Shown here: positions 1-12,800 of the stretch, piece by piece | How positions within the stretch are numbered: the stretch's first letter is position 1 | Layout of the letters: the number at the start of each line of letters is the position of its first letter | Assembly (NCBI RefSeq): GCF_964204865.1 | Contig: NC_135262.1 | Coordinates: 16,926,001 to 16,990,000 of the forward strand | Direction of reading: 5' to 3' | DNA from: Styela clava | Taxonomy: Eukaryota | DNA: 64,000 nucleotides | The notes under the pieces: model-generated | Seen by the model: only the letters and a program-made list of their open reading frames with translations | Databases searched by the model: none | What the model was told of the DNA's origin: nothing | Translations under genes and position numbers: made by a program

Positions 1-1896
1 GTCGCCAGTGGATGGGAATGGAATTAAAGAGGCTCACTTACGGCGAAGAGATTTTCAAAAACAGCCGCTGGTGAGCAGAAAAATAGAACGAAGAATTTTC
101 GTATGGAAACTTTGTTATGAAATGTGCCCGAAATTTTTTCGAGTTTACCGTTTATTTCAGCCCTAGTATACAATTGAGTGTGTGCGCGCGTTCATGCGTT
201 GTTCCGGCGTAACTGGTTAACGTCACCGATCTGTTTAAAGATGTGTGACACAATTCCACAAAATTATGTTGTGGCTCTTTGCCCTAGTGTTATGTTTAGT
301 ATTATTAGAAAGGTTTGAATTACACGTTACCTGCAAATTTTTAACAAATTTCTTAAAATGTTAAATGGTATTATTCGTAATTGTGCTTTTGGGAATGTAT
401 TATGAATATATATTACACTACACCATATGAGAACCATGGTAATGGCACATTTGTTGAATTTGGTCTGTAAAATGTGTCGCACTGTTCTTATATTTATCAG
501 TGTTATCAGGTCTCAAATTGATTTATAAGCTTCCGCCAGTTTTCATATCGTGTATTTATTTCACCATCTTCTTTCACTGTTTTGTTAGGAAGACGCGTAA
601 CTTCTACAGTTTACATTTATTTTCGGTCATGCTGGTCTTCCTGGTAACTGTACATATTTTGTTTGTTCGTTTGTTGTTATTTTATGCCAAAGAGAGTAGT
701 ATAACATTGATTGATTGTAGTTTTTTATTAATGATTTGGAATAGCACACGAGAGCGTGTCAGAAATTTGAAATTAACACCGAGTATACTACATTCTCGCA
801 TAAGACAGTTTTACGAATAGACTTTCTTTCGCTCAATGGACACTAAGTCACACCAACGCAGCGCAATAATTCAAAAGCATCGTTTCTTTAGGGGTGTCGC
901 GTAACTTCTGTTACATCATCAGAATATTCTGGTGCTTAAATTATGTATGCATGCGCAACACCAAGAAAAGTGTGTTTAACAGGCTACGCATATAGTGCGG
1001 TAAGAAAATTTCCCCGCCGCAACTTAAAATATACCTTCATTCTTGATTGGGATGTTAGATCATAGTCAAACTTTAAAAATTAGACGTCAAATCGAGTCTT
1101 CGGGCGCAAAAAGAATATCATTCCATACGGGTCTTTCGCGCACCTGCGTCGCCATTTATCTCTATCGATTCACTCGGTCGCTGGAACGTCTTGTAAGGCA
1201 GTCGACAAAGCATATATTCGATGCGTATTAATCCCAATTAACCTCGTTTTTCTTGTGTATATCCTCGGGCGTCAGATTTATGAAATTGTACTTCCTCACT
1301 TCGGTGTCGTTACAACAGTCTGTCAAGTACGGCACGACGGCGTCTTAAATTATAATCGAGTCGGCGATACAAGAAAGTAACATAATCCTTTTACAAATTG
1401 AGGAATTATCTCATTTCTACACGGTCAAATGATTATCATCACACAGTATATAGAAAATAAAAAAGACCCGCAAAGGGCAGGTTTGAAAAACATAAAGCAG
1501 CGACAAATAAGCAATTAACAGCGAAAAACAAAAAGTTAAAAAAAACTACAACCCAAATTACCTATAAATTCATTAAGGTACAGAAACCTTCACCAACAAG
1601 AAAATCTAGTGCACAAAAATTTCTTAAAAATAAGTTATTAAAATTGGTAAGCAATTCATAACTTCAACCATCGATGTTCAACAAACAACTGAGATACTGC
1701 ACATATAAAAATGAGTAACATGGAACAAAAAATAAAAACATTGAAAAAAGGATGACATTTTGAGCAGTGAAGTAGCAATTGGATATTATTAGTTCATTGT
1801 GTAAGTATGAGAAAAATCTTCATAGCAAAGCATGAGTCCTGTATTAAATAAACATATGTACAATTTGTGCACGTTGCATGTTTGCCCCATACCCAA

Positions 1897-2973
1897 TTAA
1901 TTCCAATGCCATCCCCTTGCTTGTATTCCTCTGGCACAGACTGGGGAATTTTCAAGCCTCTGTCCATTTTTACTAAATGATTGTCGGTGTTTGAAACAAG
2001 AACTTTTATCAGGCGACGGCATTGTCTCTGCTGTGTCGCCATAGCCGTTTTGGTGACACCATAATTGCATATCCATTTCTTGTAGTTGAATATCCATTCC
2101 AGGGCTGGGCGCTCGTCTACATTGGTTTGGATTATTATCATGTACAATACTGTTATTGTCCAATGAATTTTCTACTGGCATTGTAGATTCGTCCTCCATT
2201 TCCATATTAATATCATTTGAATTGGCCTGCATACCGTTATGATAACCGTTAGGAAATTCTATTCTGCTACGCTTATAAGTCGGGATACTTTCGTCGTCTA
2301 ACATCCTTTTCCTGGGTCGCATATTTCCATTTACATCGGGTGGATGACGGCCGTTGTTGATGTTACCATTTAGTCTGTGAACAATAAGTCCAGATGCGCC
2401 ATGCTTATTATTTCGAGAAACCTCCTGAAGGGCCGATGATTCGAGGAGGCGCACGCACTCTTGAAAGCCTTGCATTCTCGCCAAATCGCACGGCGTATGA
2501 CCGTTGTTATTGCACAAATTCACTCGCGAGCCATTGGTCAGTAAAACGCCAATGGCCTCTATATTTCCAACACGCGCAGCTTTATGTATTGGAGTTTCTC
2601 CTAAATAGTCTTGTGCGTGAAAATTTGCTCCAGATCTCAGTAATTTAACCAAGCATTTTGGGTGACCACCGAAAGAAGCAATATGACACGGTGTTTGTTT
2701 AAACTTCGTTGTGCTCAAATTTGCTCCAACACCAAACGCCAAAAGTACATCCAGACATTGGGTCTTTCCAAAATAAGCTGCCCAATGAATTGGCGTCCAA
2801 CCATAAAATTTGTCTTCGGCCCTCAGCTGATCATGAGATGTTACAGCCCATGCTCTTCGCAAAGCATCAATATCGCCGTCGCGGCATGCCCTGTGGATTG
2901 GGAAATCTCGTTTTATTATATCTTCACTTTCTCCACCCCATAACCCGAGTGCTGATGACTCAAACGAGCTCAT
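1897..2973 (-). CDS. ANKRD10: Ankyrin repeat domain-containing protein 10; intronless CDS, 358 aa
   Basis: N-terminal ankyrin repeats (FPIHRACRDGD, YGWTPIHWAAYFGK, QTPCHIASFGGHPKCL, QDYLGETPIHKAARVG), a bipartite basic stretch RKRMLDD...KRSR, and the C-terminal NGYGDTAET motif matching vertebrate ANKRD10 HGFGDTAES. Confidence 0.92.
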   Translation of the reverse strand: MSSFESSALGLWGGESEDIIKRDFPIHRACRDGDIDALRRAWAVTSHDQLRAEDKFYGWTPIHWAAYFGKTQCLDVLLAFGVGANLSTTKFKQTPCHIASFGGHPKCLVKLLRSGANFHAQDYLGETPIHKAARVGNIEAIGVLLTNGSRVNLCNNNGHTPCDLARMQGFQECVRLLESSALQEVSRNNKHGASGLIVHRLNGNINNGRHPPDVNGNMRPRKRMLDDESIPTYKRSRIEFPNGYHNGMQANSNDINMEMEDESTMPVENSLDNNSIVHDNNPNQCRRAPSPGMDIQLQEMDMQLWCHQNGYGDTAETMPSPDKSSCFKHRQSFSKNGQRLENSPVCARGIQARGWHWN

Positions 2974-3821
2974 ACTGACTTGCGAAGAAACTTAACTTTT
3001 AACAATTCCACACGAGAAAAGAACAAATCGACAGCGCGCACAACAAGAAACAGCGCGAAATGTTGGACCTGTCGCTGATATGCGTGATTCGTTGTTGGTT
3101 GACATCGGGAAAAAAATACAATTGGCGCTTCATTCAAAATAAACCAGACAGCAGAGCTCAAACTCAAATTATTTTGTTGTGAGTCATCTGCAGCGAGCGT
3201 GAACATGTGGCTTTTTTGTAGATTAACTCTCGCATCAAGGCAAACGTAGATAGATACTTTATTTTGAAAAGCTTAATAATACACACAAATTAAAAATGTA
3301 GAATTTTGTAGAGCAAGCAAAATCTTCTTAAAAGTTTAAAAGATGAGAAATATTATGTGCCTGCTCACCAGCACAAACATACACTATACAGAGAAAAATT
3401 ACAATGAAACAAACTTAGACGAGGCTTGGGCACAGAATAATACAAATAGGTCAAATACAATGAACTTGATTTATTCGTAAAAACAAGTTGAAACTAGTGT
3501 AATAGGATATGAACACTACATTGCTTCATTTTCCTTTCATGTCTAATGACAGAATGACGTTGTTCACGCATTGTGGATTAGCTGACTTGACACAATGTCT
3601 GAATGTGTACAATTGTCTCACATTGACATTAAAAATGATTGACGTAAAACTAGATTAATCGAATATCTTGTAACTTTTTGTTTGTCATCTTATTGTCTCA
3701 CAGTATAGGAATATTATAATACAGTGATATGTCATTCTTGTTTATTCAATTATTTTTAAAGTAACTTCTGAACTTGCTGGATTGTGCCTAAATTTCTGTG
3801 GCAGTGTGATAAGATATAAAG

Positions 3822-6800
3822 ATGGCAACTCAATTCAACAGTGAAACAAAATGGTTATCTGCAATCCGACGATGTCATAGTGCTATTTCTAGGAATAAAA
3901 TTGATAGCACATTGCTGAACAATGAGCTAATTGAGTTGACAAAGGTAAATATTTTTTTCACCAAGGTATCCAGTCCTGCACTCTTCCGATTTTATTTTGA
4001 TTCGACCTCAACTTCAGTGATCTGTATGAGCAAGAAATATGAATGGCAGGAATTGTTCTTCAGCTATTACGGTATAATGGGAATATTTGACCACACTTTA
4101 ATGATTCGTAATATCAGTATGATGAAAGAGGCTGTCAAATAGGTGTTTCACGTAACGCTGGTCGGTGGCTTCCTCCACCATCAAGTCCATGCATTCGAAA
4201 ACAAATAACTAACTAATCTCATACCCGACATGGAATGATAACCGGACGAGAGGCTGTAGTTTGCCATATGGTTAAGCCGTCTTATCAGCTTCCCTCTCAC
4301 CAGGCAGCCAGGGATAAATATCTTTGGATCCTTGTAGAAGCTAGAAGAATATGGCTGTAGTGTATGTAGGTATTAAGAAGGGCCTGAAATATAGTGTTTT
4401 ATGTCTGTCCACGAATCTGGGCCGAATCTCAAATCCTAGCACTCTCAGGCGAACCAGGATATATTGTGGCTCCTAATTAAAGAGTGGGGTATACTCAGTT
4501 CAGCATTTCAATTTGTATTCAATCCTGGTTTCTTACTGTTTTCTCTATCATTTTTAGCTACTGAAAACTGAATCAATCTCTTCGAAAATACAAGCAAACT
4601 TGCAAAACTTGCTAGAGAACATCATTATAAATGCTGACATTGAATGGGTACAAAATTCACTGGATGATATATGTGTGAAAAAGGACTCAACTTTGAATCA
4701 ATTTTACAACAGTTATGCACCAAGATCTTCTTTTTTGTCATTAACGTCAGCTTTCAACAAACTGAAGTATGTTATGATTTCATATGTACTTTAGTTATTT
4801 ATTGTTTCTACGCTGACTATATAAAAGTTAAAATTATAATACAATTAAGATTTACATATTTGTCCCGGGGGAGAGGAAAGCCAATTAGTCCGCTCAATCA
4901 TATAGCGTACACAACCTCTCGTCCATTTCCCAGTCCATGTCGGGCATGGGATTAGTTTTGAAGGTGCATCACCTTGATGGTGGAGAAAGTCGTAACTGAC
5001 CCATGGTCATCTGAACCATCCTACGGTGGCGAGGAGTGCAGCAATTTTCTCACACATGATTATCCCTCACAGGATTCAAACCTGCACACCCACGCACGGT
5101 AATCAGAGATGCAGTGGCAAGCAAATTTCAACTGCTTAGTACGATGCGCCACACGCCAATGGATGTGACGTACTAATCTTAGAGTTTGATTTTGGGTTAG
5201 CTTCACTATGGTATATTATGAAACTTCATTTTTTTCATTGGATTGTCTTTTTTCTGCTTAAATTACCCTAGATCAATGGCTGCCAGAATTTGCCATTTTG
5301 GTCTATTAATTGTCTCTGCATTCTGCAGTGTTGGAGTGCGGCAACACTTGTGTCTCAAGCTACTAGAAGAATATTTCAAGAACCGAAGATTTTCTGCTTT
5401 TTTACTTGAAGAATCATCAAAAACTGATCGAAAACATGATTATCAGCAGCAGACTATAACGATAAATTTATTATCAGTTATCAACTCGCTACCTGGAAAA
5501 ATTGCAAATAATACACATGGAAAATTCAGGTATGTCGGAAACGTACTCATTTCTGAATTGCTATGTAGATTTATCTTCTTTCACTTGTATTGAGTTCGAA
5601 TATTGTTGAAAAAATACTCCATGATAAATAGCAATGATGCGATAAGACATATAGAAGTTCGTTTAGTAATGGATTGTACTATGTGCCTTTATTCCAGGAT
5701 GATATGAGGCCCGCCCATCATAACCCATTTCATTTACTACAAACTGACTGAAGTTTGAACATTTTTGTACATTTCATTTTTTTTTTTAATTTTCAAAATA
5801 GATGAATGTTTTTGTAAATATGTCACACTGTTCGTTATTTGTTTTCATAAAGTGACATTTTTCATCATGAACAATTCTTCCAACTACTGGCAGTTCAAAC
5901 TGGTGATGTGTTGGTTGCATTGGTGAACAACGTTAGAAAAGAAAAGAATGTTTCAGTTGCATTTTTAGCACGAATGATTGGGCAGTTTTGTCTGAACGGA
6001 AAAGCTGGTAAGTTTTGGTAGGTTGGAAATTATGAGTGAGTTTCTGAGGTTATCTGTCCGAAAACAAATAACTAACTAGTCCTATAACCGACATGAAATG
6101 GTAACGGGACGAGGGCTGTGGTTCGCCATATGGTTAAATCGTCTTATCGGCTTTCCTTTCCCCCGGTATAAATATATCGACGCATGAAATCCAAATTGGG
6201 CTAAGTCCATTTTTCTAGTTTTGAGAAAAACGCAAAAAACGTTTTTTTTTTGTTCCTTTTTTTTATTTCTCTAATACCTTACATCGACGATGTCTAGTTT
6301 TTATGGTCTACCAAAGTTACAATGAAGGCCATATTTAGATGGTATAAAAAAATTTGTGCTCTGCCCCAATTTTTTTTGGGGGGGGGGGGTTTGGACTTAA
6401 CCCTTTTTGGCTCTAAATTTTCTGGACCAGAAACAATTTTATTGGACTTAGGGCCCCTTTATTTGGTTATTATAGAGTCTGGTATGGACTTAGCGCTTGG
6501 TATTATATTTTTTTAGAGGAGCTATGTCCAAAAAACGGACTTAGCCCCAACTTACAATGCAGTTATCCAGAGATAAGTCCACTATAGTAGACACAGCTCA
6601 TTTTAGTTCTCAAATGTTCTAAAAAAGGCAGGGTTATGTCCATAGCTGTCTTGAGATCTAGAGCACCTAGAGATAAGGCAAATAGACCAAAATATAGAGC
6701 TAAGTCCAGGAAAATCAGCAATTGAAAAATGTCATTTTTTGGAAAAGTGGACTTAGCACTGTTTGGTTTTGAGGTGTCGATATGTGAATCTTTCTATCTT

Positions 6801-9800
6801 ATATATATGAATATATTCATTTCAGCGGATGGTGTTGAATACAGTTACCAATCAGAAACTGCAATAATATACTGCATTACAGATTAATTTGCTAGTTGTT
6901 GTGGCATCTAAAGATGTTGATAGAAGTTCATTCAAGAAACTTAATTTCCTTGCACTTTCAACATACAGTTTCCTTCCATCAGTATATCTATAGTATCTCA
7001 ATGATATATTTGAAATGGTTAGAGGTACCCCAAATATTTACTCATTTTTGAGTTGGAGGCAGTTTGTTCATTTGTGGTTCTGGAAAAATGAGTTTGAATT
7101 CCAAGTTTCTACTGTATCATACAGTTTTCAGTTTCTAAGTTGGATTGACCTAAATTTATCCAGGAGTCTATATTGTTAATGATATTCTTGTTGTTATCAG
7201 ATTCTAATGAACATGAAGACTCAAAATATAAATAATGCGGCAATACTTTACTCTTAAAAATAAATCCGCAGAAGGTTATCTCAAGTTTTCAATATTCGAT
7301 GGATATGAAGATTTTGTGGGGTGTAGGTAGAACCAAGACTAGTGATTGGCATTAATGTTTTTTTTTTTTTGCTACCATACGCATCTCAGGTTGGAGATAT
7401 CCAGTTTGGTTCCAGTTTTATCAGCCAATTTTTTCAATAAATTCGGCCAATTTGAAACGGTACTTGTCATTGCTATATCCTCATTTTACAGATGTATTTC
7501 TTGGAATTTTATTGCCTCTTTGTGTTGCTAATTGCAACACTGATTTTGTTTGGAGAAGAATTGTTCAAAAAATCATATATAGTATTCCTGAGAGATGTTT
7601 AGAGCCAACTGTTCTGTTCATCACTAAAAGTCTACCTTGGTTAGTAATTTGTATCACTTTTGCACAAAAACAGGAGAAAGTCAATGATGGGAGATAATAT
7701 TTGAAAATTTTTTTTGTAAAAAATCGGATAAACAAAATTACTGATTTTTTCTGTCAAATTTCCTATTATAGGCAAGAAACCTAGATTTGTGTGAAATTTC
7801 ATAAATTTGCTAATTTATTGATCAGTTTCTAAAACATTCAAAATTAAAATAAATTCAAGGGAAATTCTAAAATACCAAATTACAGTATTTACATATGGGG
7901 TGGGGGGTTCTATAACAGTGAAAACGGTATTTTATGACTTTAATTAAATGTAACTTCAGATATAGAATATGCATATGCCACAGAGGATTTAAAGCATAAA
8001 TAACATGTCCTGACACTAATCGCTTAATTGTAGGCAATAACAACAATTTATTCATGACATTGCTTTCGTTTATATTAAAACAATAATTCAAATGCTTAAA
8101 AAATCCTAATATAAATGTTTCTTTTTATTAGGTATGGATGCATGGAATGGATATATGGCGATTTGATTAAAAAAAACATGAAGTTCAAATTTTTACTATT
8201 GCACAAATTTATTCTTGTGAAATGTTTTCCTGAATCGAACATTCTGAAAAATATTATAGGATACGTTGCAGATAATATAACAACACAGAATTTGGTTTTA
8301 GAGGTAAGTGCGATGGTTAATGTGGGGTTGTTTTAATTATATATAATCCATGGATAAATCGTTTCATCCCTTAGTATCTTACAACTTGAAGACACACTAA
8401 ATACATGTAAATTGCAATAATTTTTTTTTTCATTGTAGAATCATCTGTTGATTTTGAGCCTTCCGATTGTACATAAATATATACTCACTATTATTCGTTT
8501 ATACATATATAGGTTGTTATATGGCATTTTGCATGCATGAGCATGGCTTTATTCAACAATGGTTACACAAATATATCAATTTCATATTTGAATGGCTCAT
8601 GTTTAGACTCGTTAAATAGATCGACCAATGTTGGTTGTGCAAATTGAATTTCAAACCGATAAACTCTACTTCACATTATGAAAGGAGTTGTTCCAGTTTA
8701 ATATAATCCCTTTTCATGCTCTGCTTAACCTGAAACTGTGTATTGTTGGGTGGTTTTCCCATTTCCTGTGCACAGAGGATTCAAATTGCAGAGTTTAAAT
8801 GAAATTATTATTAAAGCAACTTAGAAACTTAAGAACTTGAACTTAAAAAATCTTATGCTGATTATCCTAACTAAGGGTCCGTTCAAAATAACCACACCAA
8901 TAATGACGGATTTGCCAGCTACAATTTGGGTAACTGACAACTACAAACAAACTGACCCATTGTGAAATGATTATACATAATACTAGAATTTTGCTTTTTT
9001 GTTATTCAGACATTGAAAAAACTTCTCTCAGTTTGGTCAGATTCAAGTTCGATCAAGCATGTATCATATGAACAACATAAATATGTAACTCAAGCAATTC
9101 TTATTTGTATTCGACATTTAGCGAAACACCAAGTGGATCAAAACCAACATGGTATTTTGAATTTGCACTTTTTATTTTTGTTAAATTTTCACGTATTCTC
9201 ATTCTATTTTATTCACATCGGTTACTACGTATGGATGATCATTCAATCGAACCAAATTAAGATTCAAGAAGTGGAAATAGCAAACGTGACCTGTATTTCA
9301 ATTTCTGGTTTCAGGATTTGATCAATCAAATGAAAACGGCCTCGATATACGTCAGTTCGGTTCAATAAAGACGTGCCAAAAATATTGACATCTGGTCAAT
9401 ACGACTTTTCTGACAAAAATAGTTACGCACGCACGGAATCCACTGCCATGTTTGATCGAAGTAAACAGTTCTATATTTTACAAACCAACTGGGAATATCA
9501 TTGCGATTTAATAATTACAGGCCTTGCGGTTAATAAATAACTTCATGTATAAATTATACATAATGTCATTTGACTAATATCGCTTCTGACGCAGAAAATA
9601 AAATGTACTGAATTAAACATTAACTTTGTGATCAAGTGAAATATTGCTCTGGAATTTATTATCTGCGGCGTGATACTTGATTAAAAAATATATAATTTAG
9701 GTATGTTAGCAATTTCGTTCCGTTTTTTAAATAATTATTAATTGTCTGCCCGCATTTACAACTTGAAAATGACTAAACTTACTTACTTTGCAGATAGGTA

Positions 9801-12800
9801 CAACTATGGATATCAAACATTTCATCGTAGTATGATCGTTTTTGTGCGAAAAAAAACAGGCTCACCCGTGACGCACTACTTTATAAAACTTGCCTTTGTG
9901 GTAATTTCATGTCCATACAGTAGCCAAATTTGCTTATATTGCGTCGCGATTCGTATTACAGAAGGGCAGTAAATGTGTCGTAAAAGTCAGACATATTTAA
10001 TCGTACAATCATAAGATTATGTAAACCATGAATAACATACATTTTGAAATTGGAATATTGCCGCAGTTATAACGTCTGTAACGTTTGGTCGACGATAAAA
10101 TGCTTTTAAGATATTTTATCAACCTCATACACTTGGCAGCGATATGAAAAGGGAAGTCGATTTGTCATTTGTAAACAAATGCCTACTATTTTATATCGGG
10201 GTAATACCAGTACTTTTACAAGGAACGTCTGGTGGATAGACTGCAGAGCTTGAAATCATTTTTGTCGTTGTTGACAGAACTGACTATGTGGTTAGCACCC
10301 GGGATGAGTAGTCACCTCGACTCGACAGATCCAAAAATTCGCAGACTTGGAATGATTGCAGGAGAGGTTATTTCTGAGAAAGCAAACATTAAAGGGACTA
10401 ATAAGTAAGTTCATTTGTTGAACATTTTCCCAAAGTAATACATGCTTGAATATGTGACATCATATTATTGATTTATGACGCAGGGCTGTTTCATTTTGTG
10501 GGGAATTTACATACACTTTGATATATCGTCGGTTTGGAAATCAGCAACAATCAGTAGTTTATAATAGGAACAGATGAAAATACATTCACATATAGAAATA
10601 TACACTGAATAATGTCCAAATTACACATATGCTTTTGCCTATTTCCATCATCGAATAAAATGGCAATCGATTATTGCCACTCCTAGCAGTATTGGTAATT
10701 TGTTTCTTACATATGACTAGGATGGGATTTACATATTTATCCCGGAGGAGAGGAAAGCCTATAAAAACGGCTTAATCATATGGAAAACCACGGCCTCTGG
10801 CCTCTTATCTGGTTACGATACCAGTTCAAGTCGATTATGGGATTAGTTGCCAGTTATTTGTTTTTCGGGAGCATGGTCTTGATGTTGAAGAAAGCCATAA
10901 CTCGACCAGCGGTCACGTGAACCACCTTACAGCGGCGAAGAGCCCAGCAATCCTATCGCACATAACTATCCCCGCATGGGATTTGCATCTGCGAACCTAC
11001 GCAGGGCGGCAGGCGTATTCCTAACACTTAGCATGATGCGCCATACCGAAAATATGATCAACTGTACCTATATGAACATTTTAATGCCTAATTATTACTC
11101 TTGTACTTCTAATTTTTCCATCTAAAAATTCATAATTCATTTTGTCAGACTGGAATTTGGTTATGAAAAAGATGATGAAACAAAAGAACTAACCGATTTG
11201 CTAGCCATTGAACCTGCACCACCAGAAGAATATTATCAGTCCCTTTGCCAAGATTTCGTGACTGTAAAAGAAGCTGTTATTTCTGTTATCAATAAACCAT
11301 CATGTAATATTGGGTCAGTAACAACTTTCACAACCTCAAAAGCAACTTTCTTAGAGGTGCTTTCTGGTAAAACCTCAAAAACAAAGGGAACTGAAGGTGA
11401 AAAATCCAAAAATCAAGAAATTGATGATATTTCTGAAGAATCGAGTGATAGTGATGAGGATGATGATCTGCATCCCTACGATTTGTCCAATGATGAAGTC
11501 TATACAAAGGTAGTTTTGAACCTAACAATTTCGATTTCTTTTATTTCAAGTTTTATGAAAAGTTCATAATTCAATAGTGGATTTGTATTGGATTGATAAA
11601 ATAACATTAGACGGTTAATATATCAGATAGTAACTAGTAAGTGGTATAATACAATGAATGCAAATAAAACTTAGCTCATTTTTCGTGGCTGTTATAAAAG
11701 ACTTGAAGACATTAAAAATTAGATAATTCAGGCTGCAAGTGCAACGTATCTGGTTTCGAACTCTTGGATGCATTTGCGGATAGAAATGAATCTACATCAT
11801 GTATTGAGTTTATTGATAAGCAAACATTCTCCCCATTTCAGAAGGAATCGCTTCAAAAAATTTATAATTTTGTTAAATGACCAGGTAAAAGCACCGATGT
11901 ACATTAGAGATTGCATGGAAGGGTTATTACAACAAGATAACAGAGATAAAATGGAAATTTGCTTAACGAGTGCAAAAAGACTGATTGAGGAAGATCCTGT
12001 GTCAGCTGGAGAGGTGAATTCGACATGCAAATAGTGTTTAAATTGATGGAATTAAGTGTATAATCCGTATGTATATTTTCAGATTTCACTGGAGCTGTGT
12101 AAAATTCTTTTACTTCTTGAAGACACTTTTGCTCTTGATAATTTCGCATTGCTGAGAATTTCAACCATGGCTGCTCTTGCTGCAGTGAATCCTGAAAAGG
12201 TAAGATATGAGTCCAATACCATAAATTTGATGCCCAACAAGTAACAACAGTCTACATGCCTTTACACTATTTCAATGTTGTTTTATGCACATGTCAAAAA
12301 AGATTAAATTGTCATCGCAGTTTTCAGGTGTGAACGATGTTGCTTTACATAAATAAACCAGGGAATGCTGAATTTGAATAATATTCGAACTTTCATTTCT
12401 TGGGTTCATTCTGAAATGAGAATTGAGAATATTGGATGTTATCTGAATCTGCTCATACTTTCTAGTGAAATACTGTAGTTGAATCACCTCCAAGCCTTAA
12501 TCCTGATGACCTGTATTTTCTATAATCCTCTAGCTTAATTTTTATATCCTGGCAATGTACTATCGTTAATGTGAACTGAATGACAAGTTCATTAACCCAG
12601 CCAACTTACCCACAAATCAATAGTTGAAAATACTATATTAAATATTAATATTGAAACTTTCATGTCGCAGCTCGGAAACTCCCTTGCAGCGACTTCCAAA
12701 CAAACGCCGCGATTATAGCACTCGTTAAAAAACGTTGATAGTTGATTTTTCTTGTTGCCTAAAATATACAATCCACATCCGGAAATAACCTATAAACTGT

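Noticed and set aside
5060-5157. tRNA genes at the A/B-box sites (also near 11000, 27265, 35110, 63765)
   Set aside because: No intact cloverleaf or acceptor stem; these are SINE heads.
12500-12582. Intronic C/D snoRNA (TGATGA...CTGA) in TELO2
   Set aside because: No terminal stem or recognisable rRNA antisense element; expected by chance.
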